This document shows, piece by piece, positions 45,943 through 55,432 of a DNA stretch of 64,000 bases. The stretch comes from Bdellovibrionales bacterium (GTDB lineage Bacteria; Bdellovibrionota; Bdellovibrionia; Bdellovibrionales; UBA1609). A program made the translations under genes and the position numbers. Each line of letters starts with the position of its first letter. Positions within the stretch are counted from its first letter, which is position 1. The stretch lies in NCBI GenBank assembly GCA_965203225.1, contig CBDBBW010000006.1:352040-416039 (forward strand), given 5' to 3'. The notes beneath the pieces were generated by a model. It ran no database searches and had not been told where the DNA came from. It saw nothing but the letters and a program-made list of their open reading frames with translations.

Positions 45943-46857
45943 ATGAAATCTATAGTAACGATATTTGTTATTTTGCTCCTTTCCCCTTGGGGATCAGCGG
46001 ATTGGTTTGCTCCAAACTTGAGTTTGGAGGATAAAATCAAACTGACACGACAAATAAGAGAACAAATGACAAGAAATGCTCCTCCACATAAAACACAAAG
46101 CCAAAATCATCATGGGAGAAAAACAGCAAATTATTCCCGATCCCCAACTATATCAGCCAAAGATCATCATAATATTAAAATGATCCTCAGTCTGCCTTTG
46201 GAAAACAGAATACAGGCTTTATCCAACTACAAAGCAAATATTTTTTTTATATTAAAACAACTGGCATTTTCAAATAAAGAAAAAATGCCGATCCAGTGGA
46301 AAGCCTTAATCAGCCTGGCTCGTTTGTATCCTGAACAGTCTCACCCTTTGGTATTAAAGGCCCTCCGAAGTTCCACTTGGTTTTTGAGAAATGCCGGTTT
46401 GATCGCTATGGAAATCATCAACTCCAAGGAGAGTATAAGGTGGGCCGGTCGTTTTCTGAATGACCCCTCTTTGATTGTCAGAACAGCCGCGGTGGGAATA
46501 ATTAAAAAACACAAAGCCACTCAATATAAAATTCAGTTATTGCAAAAACTAAATGCGCCGGATAGCTTTCATAAAAATCAGAGTTTATGGATTCGTCATC
46601 ATATTGTATCCGCTCTGGCAGATTTTTGTGAACCTGGTGAAGAAAAACGGTTTATTTCCTTTCTACATGATCCGGATGAGACTCTTCACCCTTTTGCCAT
46701 CACCGCTTTAGAAAAATTAACCGGAAAAACATTTCCCTACTCCGCCAATGACGAAAAGAAAACTGTAGTGGAAATGCAAAAAAACAAATGGATCAATTGG
46801 TGGTCCAAGTCCCGAAACAATTCAGCGCCGGCACGAAACAATTCAGCGCAACTATAA
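45943..46857 (+). CDS. secreted HEAT-like repeat protein
   Basis: N-terminal signal-like MKSIVTIFVILLLSPWGSA. Helical repeats of the type ..VR.AA...I.. (LRSSTWFLRNAGLIAME; DPSLIVRTAAVGIIKK). Confidence 0.4.
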   Translation: MKSIVTIFVILLLSPWGSADWFAPNLSLEDKIKLTRQIREQMTRNAPPHKTQSQNHHGRKTANYSRSPTISAKDHHNIKMILSLPLENRIQALSNYKANIFFILKQLAFSNKEKMPIQWKALISLARLYPEQSHPLVLKALRSSTWFLRNAGLIAMEIINSKESIRWAGRFLNDPSLIVRTAAVGIIKKHKATQYKIQLLQKLNAPDSFHKNQSLWIRHHIVSALADFCEPGEEKRFISFLHDPDETLHPFAITALEKLTGKTFPYSANDEKKTVVEMQKNKWINWWSKSRNNSAPARNNSAQL

Positions 46858-46889
46858 AGTCATGTACAACGAACGATCATGAACAATAT

Positions 46890-47378
46890 TTATGAAGAAC
46901 TTTGATGGTAATTGGTGATAGCCTGTTCTATATTAATTTCACGAAAAATACGGTACAAAATAGTTTGTTCCTCCAAGCCATCGGAAGGCACTTGTTCGGG
47001 ATCGCTCATAAAGCCTTTTTGAGTAAATATTTTCTTCAGAACAAGCACTCGCACCACGGGAAGAGAATCCATTTTTCCCTTGATAAGTTTTATATGAATA
47101 GTGTATTTGAACTCATTAAAATGTTTATCTCTGTCAAACGGTAATTTCCAAACTGTTTCATTTTTAATAGATTCAGTTTTTAAATAACCCTTTTCGTTGT
47201 TTTCCGTTTCTATAGGATAATCCTCTAAAACCAACATGGTCGCTCTCCATGTTTTTTGATAATCTGCATGGAACACTTTTGAAACGGGGCGAATAATTTG
47301 TACCTGTTCAAGAGTCGTACAGCCACAGAATAGAACAAAAACAATAAATAAAGATAAGAATTTCATAATTGTTTTCAT
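46890..47378 (-). CDS. putative lipoprotein
   Basis: An internal ATG (47378) gives MKTIMKFLSLFIVFVLFCGC with a lipobox-like FCGC. Function unknown. Confidence 0.45.
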   Translation of the reverse strand: MKTIMKFLSLFIVFVLFCGCTTLEQVQIIRPVSKVFHADYQKTWRATMLVLEDYPIETENNEKGYLKTESIKNETVWKLPFDRDKHFNEFKYTIHIKLIKGKMDSLPVVRVLVLKKIFTQKGFMSDPEQVPSDGLEEQTILYRIFREINIEQAITNYHQSSS

Positions 47379-47474
47379 TGTGCAAATTATACTCTTTTTC
47401 TCCATTTTTGATGAATATTTCGCTTCGTAAGAGCCTTATTTTATAAATAAAAACAAAGTATAAATCAGCTGAGA

Positions 47475-47503
47475 TTGACATACCAGAATAAAATAAAGAA
47501 AAT
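47475..47503 (+). promoter_or_regulatory. possible promoter of the tRNA gene
   Basis: TTGACA (47475-47480), N17, then GAAAAT (47498-47503), ~15 nt before the mature tRNA 5' end. Confidence 0.3.
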
Positions 47504-47518
47504 GGTTCAATTGACAAT

Positions 47519-47592
47519 GGCGGGGTAGCTCAGGCGGTTAGAGCAGCGGAATCATAATCCGCGTGTCGGGGGTTCGAATCCCTCCCTCGCTA
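47519..47592 (+). tRNA. tRNA with anticodon CAT (elongator Met or lysidine-modified Ile2; not an initiator)
   Basis: The cloverleaf folds by hand: acceptor GGCGGGG/CCTCGCT (G1-U72 and G5-U68 wobbles), D arm GCTC-AGGCGGTTA-GAGC, anticodon arm GCGGA-ATCATAA-TCCGC (CAT at 47553-47555), variable loop GTGTC, T arm GGGGG-TTCGAAT-CCCTC, discriminator A. CCA is not encoded. Confidence 0.85.
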
Positions 47593-47684
47593 CTTCCGTG
47601 TTTTTCAAAAAATTTTTAATAATCAATACAAAGACAATTTACACAATACGAGGTATCGTATCGTGAAAAGAGAGAAAAACCTGA

Positions 47685-48395
47685 TTAATTACCAGCCAAT
47701 TGCTGACCGACCGGCACAGTCAGAGCACTTTTGACTTGTTCTTTTCTCATCCCTGCTCTTAATCTGTTATCATACAAAATGCGAATCACCTCTTTGTCAA
47801 TTGACGAATATTCCGTAGGCATATATTGAGGATCTTGTTGAAAAATACTATTTTGATATCGATAAGAATCCCGTTGTAAACCAAAAGTCTGAGTCAGTTC
47901 CTCTCTTAACAAATGATGTTTCTTTTTTTCAGTTAACCCATTTTCGATACAAATAACTGCTCTAACAATAAATTTGCTGGATTGGTCATACACGGTTGCG
48001 AATAAACCTTCCTGCGCATTGCTTTCATCGTAACCGGAAATATATCTTTTAAAATCGCTGTGTTTTACGAAATAAATATTTATGTTAGCGTTGCTCGTCA
48101 CTCTTGTAATGGACAACCTGGTGAGTTCAGACAGCTCGGATATAATGGAATTCAGTTCTGCTTCGTCCGCGGAGTTATACGCTCCATGTATTTGAATACG
48201 TACACCGGAGTTCCATCTTTTAATCGTAGGGCTTGCACAAATGCCAAATTCAGGACATAATCCGATTTCCAAAAAATAATTTACAGCCGCTTGTGAGTAA
48301 TTACCATAAGGGCTTTGAAAAAAATCATCAGGAATAGGCGGCCCACAGGCTCCCAGAACAATCATTAAAATCAAAATTAAAAAATAATTGAACAT
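47685..48395 (-). CDS. putative lipoprotein with an HxxxE-containing conserved core
   Basis: The internal start MFNYFLILILMIVLGAC gives lipobox LGAC. Contains ..KKHHLLREELTQTFGL... Family uncertain. Confidence 0.4.
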   Translation of the reverse strand: MFNYFLILILMIVLGACGPPIPDDFFQSPYGNYSQAAVNYFLEIGLCPEFGICASPTIKRWNSGVRIQIHGAYNSADEAELNSIISELSELTRLSITRVTSNANINIYFVKHSDFKRYISGYDESNAQEGLFATVYDQSSKFIVRAVICIENGLTEKKKHHLLREELTQTFGLQRDSYRYQNSIFQQDPQYMPTEYSSIDKEVIRILYDNRLRAGMRKEQVKSALTVPVGQQLAGN

Positions 48396-48489
48396 AAGTT
48401 TATATAAGCATGATAATAAATTAAAGATATTTATATTGCAAAGCATAATTTCCAGACTATTTGTAAAGAAGATTCTTTTAATAAAGAGG

Positions 48490-48608
48490 CTGTAAATATT
48501 CTGAGTAAAAATCCCAAAAAAAGCCCTGACACTAATGGAAAAAGGAAAGAATTTTCCTTACTGATATATGGAAAAAACATAAAAATATTTATGAACTCTT
48601 CAATAACA
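48490..48608 (+). repeat. dispersed intergenic repeat, copy B
   Basis: See 37856-38026. Confidence 0.75.
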
Positions 48609-48669
48609 TTGCAGTAAAGTAAATAGTCTGCCTAAGCTGAATTTCTACTGTAAAGAGTTTTTTTTCATA

Positions 48670-49165
48670 TTTCCCATATCCAACCCGGCTAAAGGTGTGT
48701 AGATGAACCAGGGTAGGGATCAAAGATATTTGTATATATATTCCACACATACTATCGGTAAAAGCATTTTATAATATATACACTGACAGGAATTTACAAA
48801 ACAAACCGCCAGCACCAACCGGCAGAATCACACAATTCCTGTGCCTGAACTATTAAAAGCTCCAAACAATATAAGCCCATTTTCCCATATCCAACCCGGC
48901 TAAAGGTGTGTAGATGAACCAGGGTAGGGATCAAAGATATTTGTATATATATTCCACACATACTATCGGTAAAAGCATTTTATAATATATACACTGACAG
49001 GAATTTACAAAACAAACCGCCAGCACCAACCGGCAGAATCACACAATTCCTGTCCTCCTTCCCGGTGAGGAGAATTTCCGGCTTTGACCGCCAGCACCAA
49101 CCGGCAGAATCACACAATTCCTGTGCCTGAACTATTAAAAGCTCCAAATAATATAAGCCCATTTT
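48670..49165. repeat. 211-bp tandem duplication (~2.2 copies) that includes the last ~31 nt of dacB
   Basis: Copy 1 is 48670-48880 and copy 2 is 48881-49052. A 35-bp insert follows, then a partial third copy at 49088-49165 that is the native dacB 3' end. ttaaaagctccaaa(c/t)aatataagcccatttt occurs at 48853-48884 and 49135-49165. Confidence 0.85.
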
Positions 49166-50604
49166 CGAAACAGATCTTCCGCTTTTTTCTTCAGGGAGAC
49201 AGAACCATTGAAAAGAAAAACAAAGACTCTTTTTTTACTGCTTCGTGTTATTACATAGCCAGCCAACCCTGAAACTCCGTTTATACTTCCTGTTTTAGCG
49301 TGGATGCGACCTCTTAATGCAGAATTTTTAAAATATTTTTTTAAAGTGCCGTCTTCACCGGACAGCGGCAAAGCGGATTCAAACTCCGGTTGCAAAGGAT
49401 GGTTCAGCCAGTACCTTAAAACCGTCAATAGATGCTTCGGCTTTACCCTATTTTCCCGGCTTAAGCCGGAAGCCTGAATCATACTATATTCCTGAGGTGC
49501 AATACCGATTTTTTGAATGTGTTTTTTGATTATTTTCAGCCCGTCTTTTAAATTACCCGTTTTCCCCGTCAACTCCACAACCATATTTTTCACCAACATC
49601 TCCACCATGAAATTATTGGAATATTTCATCATCAATTCAATATGCTCCGTGATCTGCCGGCTTTGCCATTCGGCCATAACAAAGGCATTATGCGGCGCCT
49701 TTCCGCGTCTGAGCTTCCCGGTAATATTGATTCCTCTTTGCTTCAGAAACTCAATAGCATTCCGGCCGGCCCATATTTCCGGATGAAGGATATTCCTATA
49801 AACAAGCACTTCTTTATGATGAGCAGAAAGGTATCCGCTTATTTTTAAAGACTCCCCTGAACTAGTTTCCCTCTTTCGTTGAATGGATATATGTTTTTTT
49901 CGCCGTCCATTTACTGTTTTTGTTTGATTTTCAATGGAAAAAAAATAAGAAGAGGCAGGATCAACTGTTACTCTCAAGAGGCTTCCCTCTTTTCTTCCCG
50001 GACGCAAATACAGGTTGGCTGTGTTCCAGTTAAAGGACAAAGCCCCTACAGGGGCGTCATAACTGGAATGAGAAGACCGGGGAAGCCGACGGCCTTTTCT
50101 CTTTCCGTCAAAACGGCTGTCATCCACGACCAAATCACCTTCAATTCTCTTTAACTCAGTTCGGGTTAGATTATTAATCAGATTCCACAGACTTTCCGAA
50201 ACAAACCCCGGATCTCCTCCTCCTTTCAAATAAAGATCCTCTTTTAAAACAGCGGTTTTTGCTTTATTTTTCGCCAAAAAACGGGTGCTGAATTGAAGAG
50301 AGGGTGGTAATAAATCCAACAAAGCTGAAGCGGTAAAAATTTTTATCAGGGAAGCTGGAATAAAACTCTGATCCGCGTTCAGTTGATAGAAAATCCGATC
50401 CGCATCAGCCACAATCACTCCCAGTTGACGGGATGAAACAGCACTTTCCTTCAGCGCTTTCCTAAGTTCCTCACTAAGAGACCTTTCTTTTTTTAACTCC
50501 CCCCGATTGTCAACAGCCCATAAGGAACCACTCCACAAAGGAATGAGAACAATGCACCCAAAAAGCAAAAGTAATCTTACTGATCTTTTTTTTTCCTTTT
50601 GCAT
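49135..50604 (-). CDS. dacB: D-alanyl-D-alanine carboxypeptidase/endopeptidase (PBP4 family)
   Basis: SxxK (ASLIK), SxN (YSNN) and KTG (HAKTGS) motifs. Signal peptide after the internal start MQKEKKRSV (50604). Confidence 0.85.
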   Translation of the reverse strand: MQKEKKRSVRLLLLFGCIVLIPLWSGSLWAVDNRGELKKERSLSEELRKALKESAVSSRQLGVIVADADRIFYQLNADQSFIPASLIKIFTASALLDLLPPSLQFSTRFLAKNKAKTAVLKEDLYLKGGGDPGFVSESLWNLINNLTRTELKRIEGDLVVDDSRFDGKRKGRRLPRSSHSSYDAPVGALSFNWNTANLYLRPGRKEGSLLRVTVDPASSYFFSIENQTKTVNGRRKKHISIQRKRETSSGESLKISGYLSAHHKEVLVYRNILHPEIWAGRNAIEFLKQRGINITGKLRRGKAPHNAFVMAEWQSRQITEHIELMMKYSNNFMVEMLVKNMVVELTGKTGNLKDGLKIIKKHIQKIGIAPQEYSMIQASGLSRENRVKPKHLLTVLRYWLNHPLQPEFESALPLSGEDGTLKKYFKNSALRGRIHAKTGSINGVSGLAGYVITRSSKKRVFVFLFNGSVSLKKKAEDLFRKWAYIIWSF

Positions 50605-50691
50605 ATAATAACCTTGAAAAACAGAAATTAATTCATAGACTACACTGTAGTGCAAAAAATATCACTTTACCACCGTATTCTTTTTAATATC

Positions 50692-52305
50692 ATGTGCGAA
50701 AAGAAAAACCGAAATTTTCAATTTGTTAAAACCTCTGGCAAAATATTATTGATATTCAGTCTTTTATGTGTTTTTTCCTTCTCTTCTCCGGCGTTTATTT
50801 TTTCTCTCTTCAAGTCAGATAAGAAAAAACATCCCTCCCTCAATGAAAAAAGCGTCATTGTAGCTTTGGGATCCGAACCAAGAACTTTAGACCCCCGCAA
50901 AGCCACAGACGCCAACGGGATGCGCATATTGAATCTGTTATTTCAATCGTTGGTGCGCATTGGTCCGCATTCGGAAATACGACCGTCTGCCGCTCACAGC
51001 TGGAGTTATAAAGATAAAACCTACACTTTTCTCATAAATACAAATCTCAAGTTTTCCCATGGAAGAAAAATTAATAAAGAAGACCTCCTGTTCAGCTTTG
51101 ATGAATACCGCGCTCCAAACAACCCTTTTTCCTCCTCTTTTCAAATTATTGAATCCGTAAATGTAGAGGAAAAACCGGACAATTTTATATTAAAAATCAA
51201 ACTGAAAAAGGAATCCGCTAAATTTCTCAGTTCAGATCTGCCCGTATTGAAAATTCTTCCCGCAGAGGAAACTGTGTCAGCCGGACTGAACTTTCAAAAA
51301 AAAATCATTGGCACAGGCCCTTTTAAATTAACAGGGAGAAACTCCAGCCAAATTGTTTTAAGCGCACGCACGGATACTGTTCCGGCCCCAAAAATAGACA
51401 AAGTGATATTTAAAATCATACGAGACGATTTTACCCGCTTTCAAAAAATGATGAATGAAGAAATTGATATCGCCCAGTCTGAAATTTCCTTCCAGAAAAT
51501 CCATCGGTTTTTAGATAAAAAAAATACTTTTCAGGTATTTAGACAGCCGGGGCTGTCCATGACCTACCTACTTATTAACTTTCAGGACAAATGCCTGAAA
51601 AAGAAAGACTTTCGCAAAGTTGTAGCCCTTTCTATCAACCGGCCAAAAATCATACACCACAAATTAAAAAATTTTGCACTTGAAGCTGTCACTATATTAG
51701 GCCCAAATAACTCTTTCTTTAACAAAAGTATTAAAAATACTCCTTACAACCTCCAGAAGTCCCAAGATCTTTTCAACCGGCTTCCAGCTTCCTGCCGGCA
51801 AAAAACATTTTCATTTAAAACATCCAATGCCCGTTCAGCAATGAACCACGGGAAAATATTGGCTTTGCAATTAAAAAGAGCTGGTTTAAAAATTCACACT
51901 GAAAGTTTTGAATGGGGCACTTTTTACGGAGATCTGAATGCTGGAAGATTTCAACTAGCCCTTTTGAAATGGGTAGGAGCGATGGATCCGGATATCTACC
52001 GCTTGGCTTTTCACTCAAAAGAACACCCCCCAAAAGGAAGAAACAGGAGTTTTTATGTAAATAAAACACTGGATCACCTTCTAAACCGAGGGCTCACCGA
52101 GATGAATTCTGAAAAAAGGAAGATTATCTACCATCAAGTACAAAAAATAATACAGGAGGACCTTGTTTTTATCCCTTTATGGCATGAAAAACAAATAGCA
52201 GTTGTGCGAAAAAACATTATAAATTACCATTTAAGTGACAACGGGGGATTTTATTATCTTACGCAGATTACAAAAAATCAGGATGAACATTTAGAGTCAA
52301 AATAA
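50692..52305 (+). CDS. ABC transporter substrate-binding protein, family 5 (peptide/nickel type)
   Basis: SBP_bac_5-like sequence (..LDPRKATDANGMRILNLLFQSLVR..). N-terminal signal/anchor. ATG at 50692 is preferred over GTG at 50650. Confidence 0.8.
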   Translation: MCEKKNRNFQFVKTSGKILLIFSLLCVFSFSSPAFIFSLFKSDKKKHPSLNEKSVIVALGSEPRTLDPRKATDANGMRILNLLFQSLVRIGPHSEIRPSAAHSWSYKDKTYTFLINTNLKFSHGRKINKEDLLFSFDEYRAPNNPFSSSFQIIESVNVEEKPDNFILKIKLKKESAKFLSSDLPVLKILPAEETVSAGLNFQKKIIGTGPFKLTGRNSSQIVLSARTDTVPAPKIDKVIFKIIRDDFTRFQKMMNEEIDIAQSEISFQKIHRFLDKKNTFQVFRQPGLSMTYLLINFQDKCLKKKDFRKVVALSINRPKIIHHKLKNFALEAVTILGPNNSFFNKSIKNTPYNLQKSQDLFNRLPASCRQKTFSFKTSNARSAMNHGKILALQLKRAGLKIHTESFEWGTFYGDLNAGRFQLALLKWVGAMDPDIYRLAFHSKEHPPKGRNRSFYVNKTLDHLLNRGLTEMNSEKRKIIYHQVQKIIQEDLVFIPLWHEKQIAVVRKNIINYHLSDNGGFYYLTQITKNQDEHLESK

Positions 52306-52318
52306 GAAGGAGAGAGGG

Positions 52319-53203
52319 ATGAAAAAAAAGGATTGGTATATTGTTACAGGGGCACTTATTGTGCTCATAGTGGTGGATCAATTAAGCAAATGGATAGCTG
52401 TATTGCTGCTCAGCAGTAAGGAATTCATGTCTGCGCCGATTGGGTTTGCACTACATAAAAAACCTCTAATCTTATCCGATGCATTAAATGTCTTTGAATA
52501 TATAAGAACTATTTCCTCTTTTGGTTTCTCTATATTTTTTCTTTTTCTATTTTTTGTTCTAAATCTGGTGCTAACTCACAGACTGATGGGATTTAGAATC
52601 AGTTTCGCTTTTTTCACCGCAGGAATACTGGGAGAGAGTGTGGACATAATTTTTCGTGGAAGCACTCTGGAATGGATTGTATTTTTTAACTACAATATCA
52701 ATTTAACACAAATATACATACTTATCGGAACCGTATTCACATTATTATTTTGTATTAAGGATCGTGCTATTTTTTTCCACAAGAACAATTTAAGAAACAA
52801 AATGTTTGTGGAAAAAGACCAGAGTATATTTTGCTGTCAGATATTATTTTGCTATGTCCTGTTCATTGGCGCGTATTATATGTTCTTCCTGTCTTTTATG
52901 AATATTATTTTTAGTCATTTTGTGCAAACTTCAGAGAATTTACAAGGGCAATTAATGAACACCTTCTTTATATTATTTTCTATTTTATCTATATGTTTCC
53001 TGCTTATTATGTGCATGTTTTCCGTATATCTTTCCAATAAAATTTACGGACCGGTTTATGCGTTTAAAAAATACCTAAAGGATGTTTTTCTGAACGAAAT
53101 GCCCGTACGCCCCTTTAAAACAAGAAAAGGGGATCATTTTGATGATATACCGGATTTAATTAATGAATTGCAATCCAAGTATATAAAAAGAGAAAAAGAG
53201 TAG
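52319..53203 (+). CDS. LspA-like membrane protein with a degenerate active site and a C-terminal extension
   Basis: The N-terminus LIVLIVVDQLSKWIA and GILGESVDIIFRG..FFNYNINLTQI parallel the signal peptidase II motifs (..D.(L/G)(S/T)K.., GN..DR, FN.AD), but the second catalytic Asp is missing. An extra ~130 aa carries 2 TM helices plus a HAMP-like IYGPVYAFKKYL. Confidence 0.45.
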   Translation: MKKKDWYIVTGALIVLIVVDQLSKWIAVLLLSSKEFMSAPIGFALHKKPLILSDALNVFEYIRTISSFGFSIFFLFLFFVLNLVLTHRLMGFRISFAFFTAGILGESVDIIFRGSTLEWIVFFNYNINLTQIYILIGTVFTLLFCIKDRAIFFHKNNLRNKMFVEKDQSIFCCQILFCYVLFIGAYYMFFLSFMNIIFSHFVQTSENLQGQLMNTFFILFSILSICFLLIMCMFSVYLSNKIYGPVYAFKKYLKDVFLNEMPVRPFKTRKGDHFDDIPDLINELQSKYIKREKE

Positions 53204-53290
53204 TTTTGCATATTTTTCTTGTTTTTTTTCTGCTAACATGTATTGTAACGATTTGTTACAACCTTTTTACAGGAAAAGGAGCGCATAAAA

Positions 53291-53536
53291 ATGGTGGTAA
53301 TTCGTCTTTCCCGATGCGGTGCCAGACATAAACCCAAGTATCGTGTGACAGTGGCCGACTCACGACGCGGTACAAGAGGACGTTTTATTGAGATAATTGG
53401 TCAATATGATTCCATGAGAAAAGATAAAAAAGAGGCTTTTCAGGTGGATATCGACAAATACAAAAAATGGATCACTCAGGGAGCCAAGCCCAGTCAAACA
53501 CTACGTTCTTTAGTGAAAAAAGTGTACTCTATATAA
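53291..53536 (+). CDS. rpsP: 30S ribosomal protein S16
   Basis: MVVIRLSRCGARHKPKYRVTVADSR..RGRFIE.IG.YD. Confidence 0.95.
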   Translation: MVVIRLSRCGARHKPKYRVTVADSRRGTRGRFIEIIGQYDSMRKDKKEAFQVDIDKYKKWITQGAKPSQTLRSLVKKVYSI

Positions 53537-53553
53537 TAATATGAGGTGCGAAT

Positions 53554-53805
53554 ATGGAAACAACAATTGCCGAAATTATCGAAATGCTTATTAAAGCTTT
53601 AGTGGATGAACCGGACCAGGTCCGGGTAACAGAAAGCAAAGGAGAAAAAACCACAATTTTTGAAGCCAGTGTCTCAAAAAAAGACATGGGTAAAGTCATT
53701 GGCAGAAATGGAAGAACCATTGAATCACTGAGAACCATTGTAGGGGCTTGTGGAGCCAAAAGAAAACAAAGGTGTATCTTTCAAATCATTGACGAAGAAA
53801 ACTAA
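53554..53805 (+). CDS. KH-domain RNA-binding protein (YlqC/UPF0109)
   Basis: ..KALVDEPDQVRV..GKVIGRNGRTIESLRTIV... Conserved position between rpsP and rimM. Confidence 0.8.
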   Translation: METTIAEIIEMLIKALVDEPDQVRVTESKGEKTTIFEASVSKKDMGKVIGRNGRTIESLRTIVGACGAKRKQRCIFQIIDEEN

Positions 53806-53827
53806 TTTCATTTTTAGTGTACTGAAT

Positions 53828-54469
53828 GTGTCTGAAAACAACAAAGCTTCTTACAGCGGTAAAAAATTAGCGATTCAGGGCAGTCCCAAGGCCAAAACAA
53901 GATTCAAGCCCACAGCGATTCCTGACACTGAAACAGGAAAAATCAGTCACTCCTCTTTTTTAAAAATAGGCAAGATCACTCATATTCATGGACTGAAAGG
54001 CGAATTTTTTATTTCCCTTTTTTCCCACTCGACGGATATACCTCTGACCAATCAAACTGTTCAAATCAGAAAAAATTCAAATATTTTACTTGAAACTGTG
54101 GTTCAGGCAGTTCGCCCGCATAAAACAGGACTGATTTTGTGGTTAAAGGGCCTGAACACACGACAGGAAGCGGAGTGTTTAAAGGGTGCCGAACTGTTTG
54201 TGCCAAAAAAGCTATTTTCCTCCGTCAAAGGAGAAAATATTTATCTCTGTGAGGTACTGCATTTTGAAGTACAGGATAAAAAAAGAGGTGTTCTGGGGAA
54301 AATATTTGCCTTTTCCGATAACAGCCAGCAGGATTTCCTTTTAGTTCAAGACAATCATGGCATACAGGTGGAGATCCCTTTTATCAGGGCATTTGTAACT
54401 CATATTGACTTTGAATCAAAAAAGATACAGGTGAATTTGCCGCTCAACTGGCCAGGTATTTTAGATTAA
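53828..54469 (+). CDS. rimM: 16S rRNA processing protein RimM
   Basis: ..LKIGKITHIHGLKGEFFI.. PRC-barrel protein downstream of rpsP-KH. The start is uncertain: GTG 53828 is chosen because the 53750 start overlaps the KH gene. Confidence 0.7.
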   Translation: MSENNKASYSGKKLAIQGSPKAKTRFKPTAIPDTETGKISHSSFLKIGKITHIHGLKGEFFISLFSHSTDIPLTNQTVQIRKNSNILLETVVQAVRPHKTGLILWLKGLNTRQEAECLKGAELFVPKKLFSSVKGENIYLCEVLHFEVQDKKRGVLGKIFAFSDNSQQDFLLVQDNHGIQVEIPFIRAFVTHIDFESKKIQVNLPLNWPGILD

Positions 54470-54495
54470 ACCCGGCGTAGAGGAGAAAACAGGCT

Positions 54496-55263
54496 ATGCG
54501 GAAAAAAAACATTTTTTCAGAAAAATTTTCATTCTATGCCAACTGGAAAATGAATAAAAACCCACAAGATGCCCAGGCTTATATTCACCATATAACTCAT
54601 CTGCTGTCCGCACAGGAACAAAAGCAATTTGTTTTTTTTGTTCCCGCTCTCACCCTGTCCGCACTAACTGAAAAGCTGAGCGCCACCCAGTTCGGCTGGG
54701 GAGCGCAAAACTGCCATTTCGAAGATCAGGGCGCTTTTACCGGTGAAAACTCCCCTCTGGTTTTAAAACAAATGGGCGCCACCCACTGCCTCGTGGGGCA
54801 TAGTGAAAGAAGACAGCTTTTCTTAGAAAATGATGCTCTAATCCGAAAAAAAGTGTCTGCTTTGTTAAAGCACTCTCTTCAACCCATAATATGCGTGGGG
54901 GAAACAGCGGAAGAACGAAAAAAAGGGAACTCCCTTCTGGTAGTCGAAAGGCAATTATCCGGTATTTTGCAAAACAAGGGTTTTCCATCATCTTTTATTT
55001 GTGTCGCCTACGAACCGGTATGGGCTATCGGAAGCGCCCGGCCCGCCAGTATACAGCAAATCTCCGACATGCAGACATATATTCAACAGCTCTGCGAATC
55101 AGAAGGAAAAAAACTGCATTTTTTATACGGAGGCAGTGTAAGTGAAAAAAATGTAAAAGAACTGTCTCAAATTCCAGGAGTAAACGGCTTTTTAATAGGA
55201 GGAGCTTCCCTGGATCCTGAAAGATTTTTTAATCTGTTTCAAAAAATAAAAGGAGCGGGATAA
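54496..55263 (+). CDS. tpiA: triosephosphate isomerase
   Basis: ANWKMN, VGHSERR and AYEPVWAIGS motifs. 255 aa. Confidence 0.9.
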   Translation: MRKKNIFSEKFSFYANWKMNKNPQDAQAYIHHITHLLSAQEQKQFVFFVPALTLSALTEKLSATQFGWGAQNCHFEDQGAFTGENSPLVLKQMGATHCLVGHSERRQLFLENDALIRKKVSALLKHSLQPIICVGETAEERKKGNSLLVVERQLSGILQNKGFPSSFICVAYEPVWAIGSARPASIQQISDMQTYIQQLCESEGKKLHFLYGGSVSEKNVKELSQIPGVNGFLIGGASLDPERFFNLFQKIKGAG

Positions 55264-55432
55264 CTGATTATGATTAGACATATCCAAAAATCAAAAATAT
55301 ATGGATAATTTTATGAAAATTTATTCTCAAGTATAAAATGAAAAAATGAACTGAATACATTTCAAGAAAAATAAAAGCGGACTTAAAACCAATGAAATTA
55401 TAAGAGGAAAATGCAAAGGAAAATATAGGAAC

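Noticed and set aside
47519-47592. Initiator tRNA-fMet assignment, and the tRNA as an integration site for a genomic island
   Set aside because: Position 1-72 is paired (G-U) rather than the C-A mismatch of bacterial initiators. The anticodon stem (GCGGA/TCCGC) lacks the three consecutive G-C pairs next to the loop. No integrase, att-like duplication of the tRNA 3' end, or phage gene follows.
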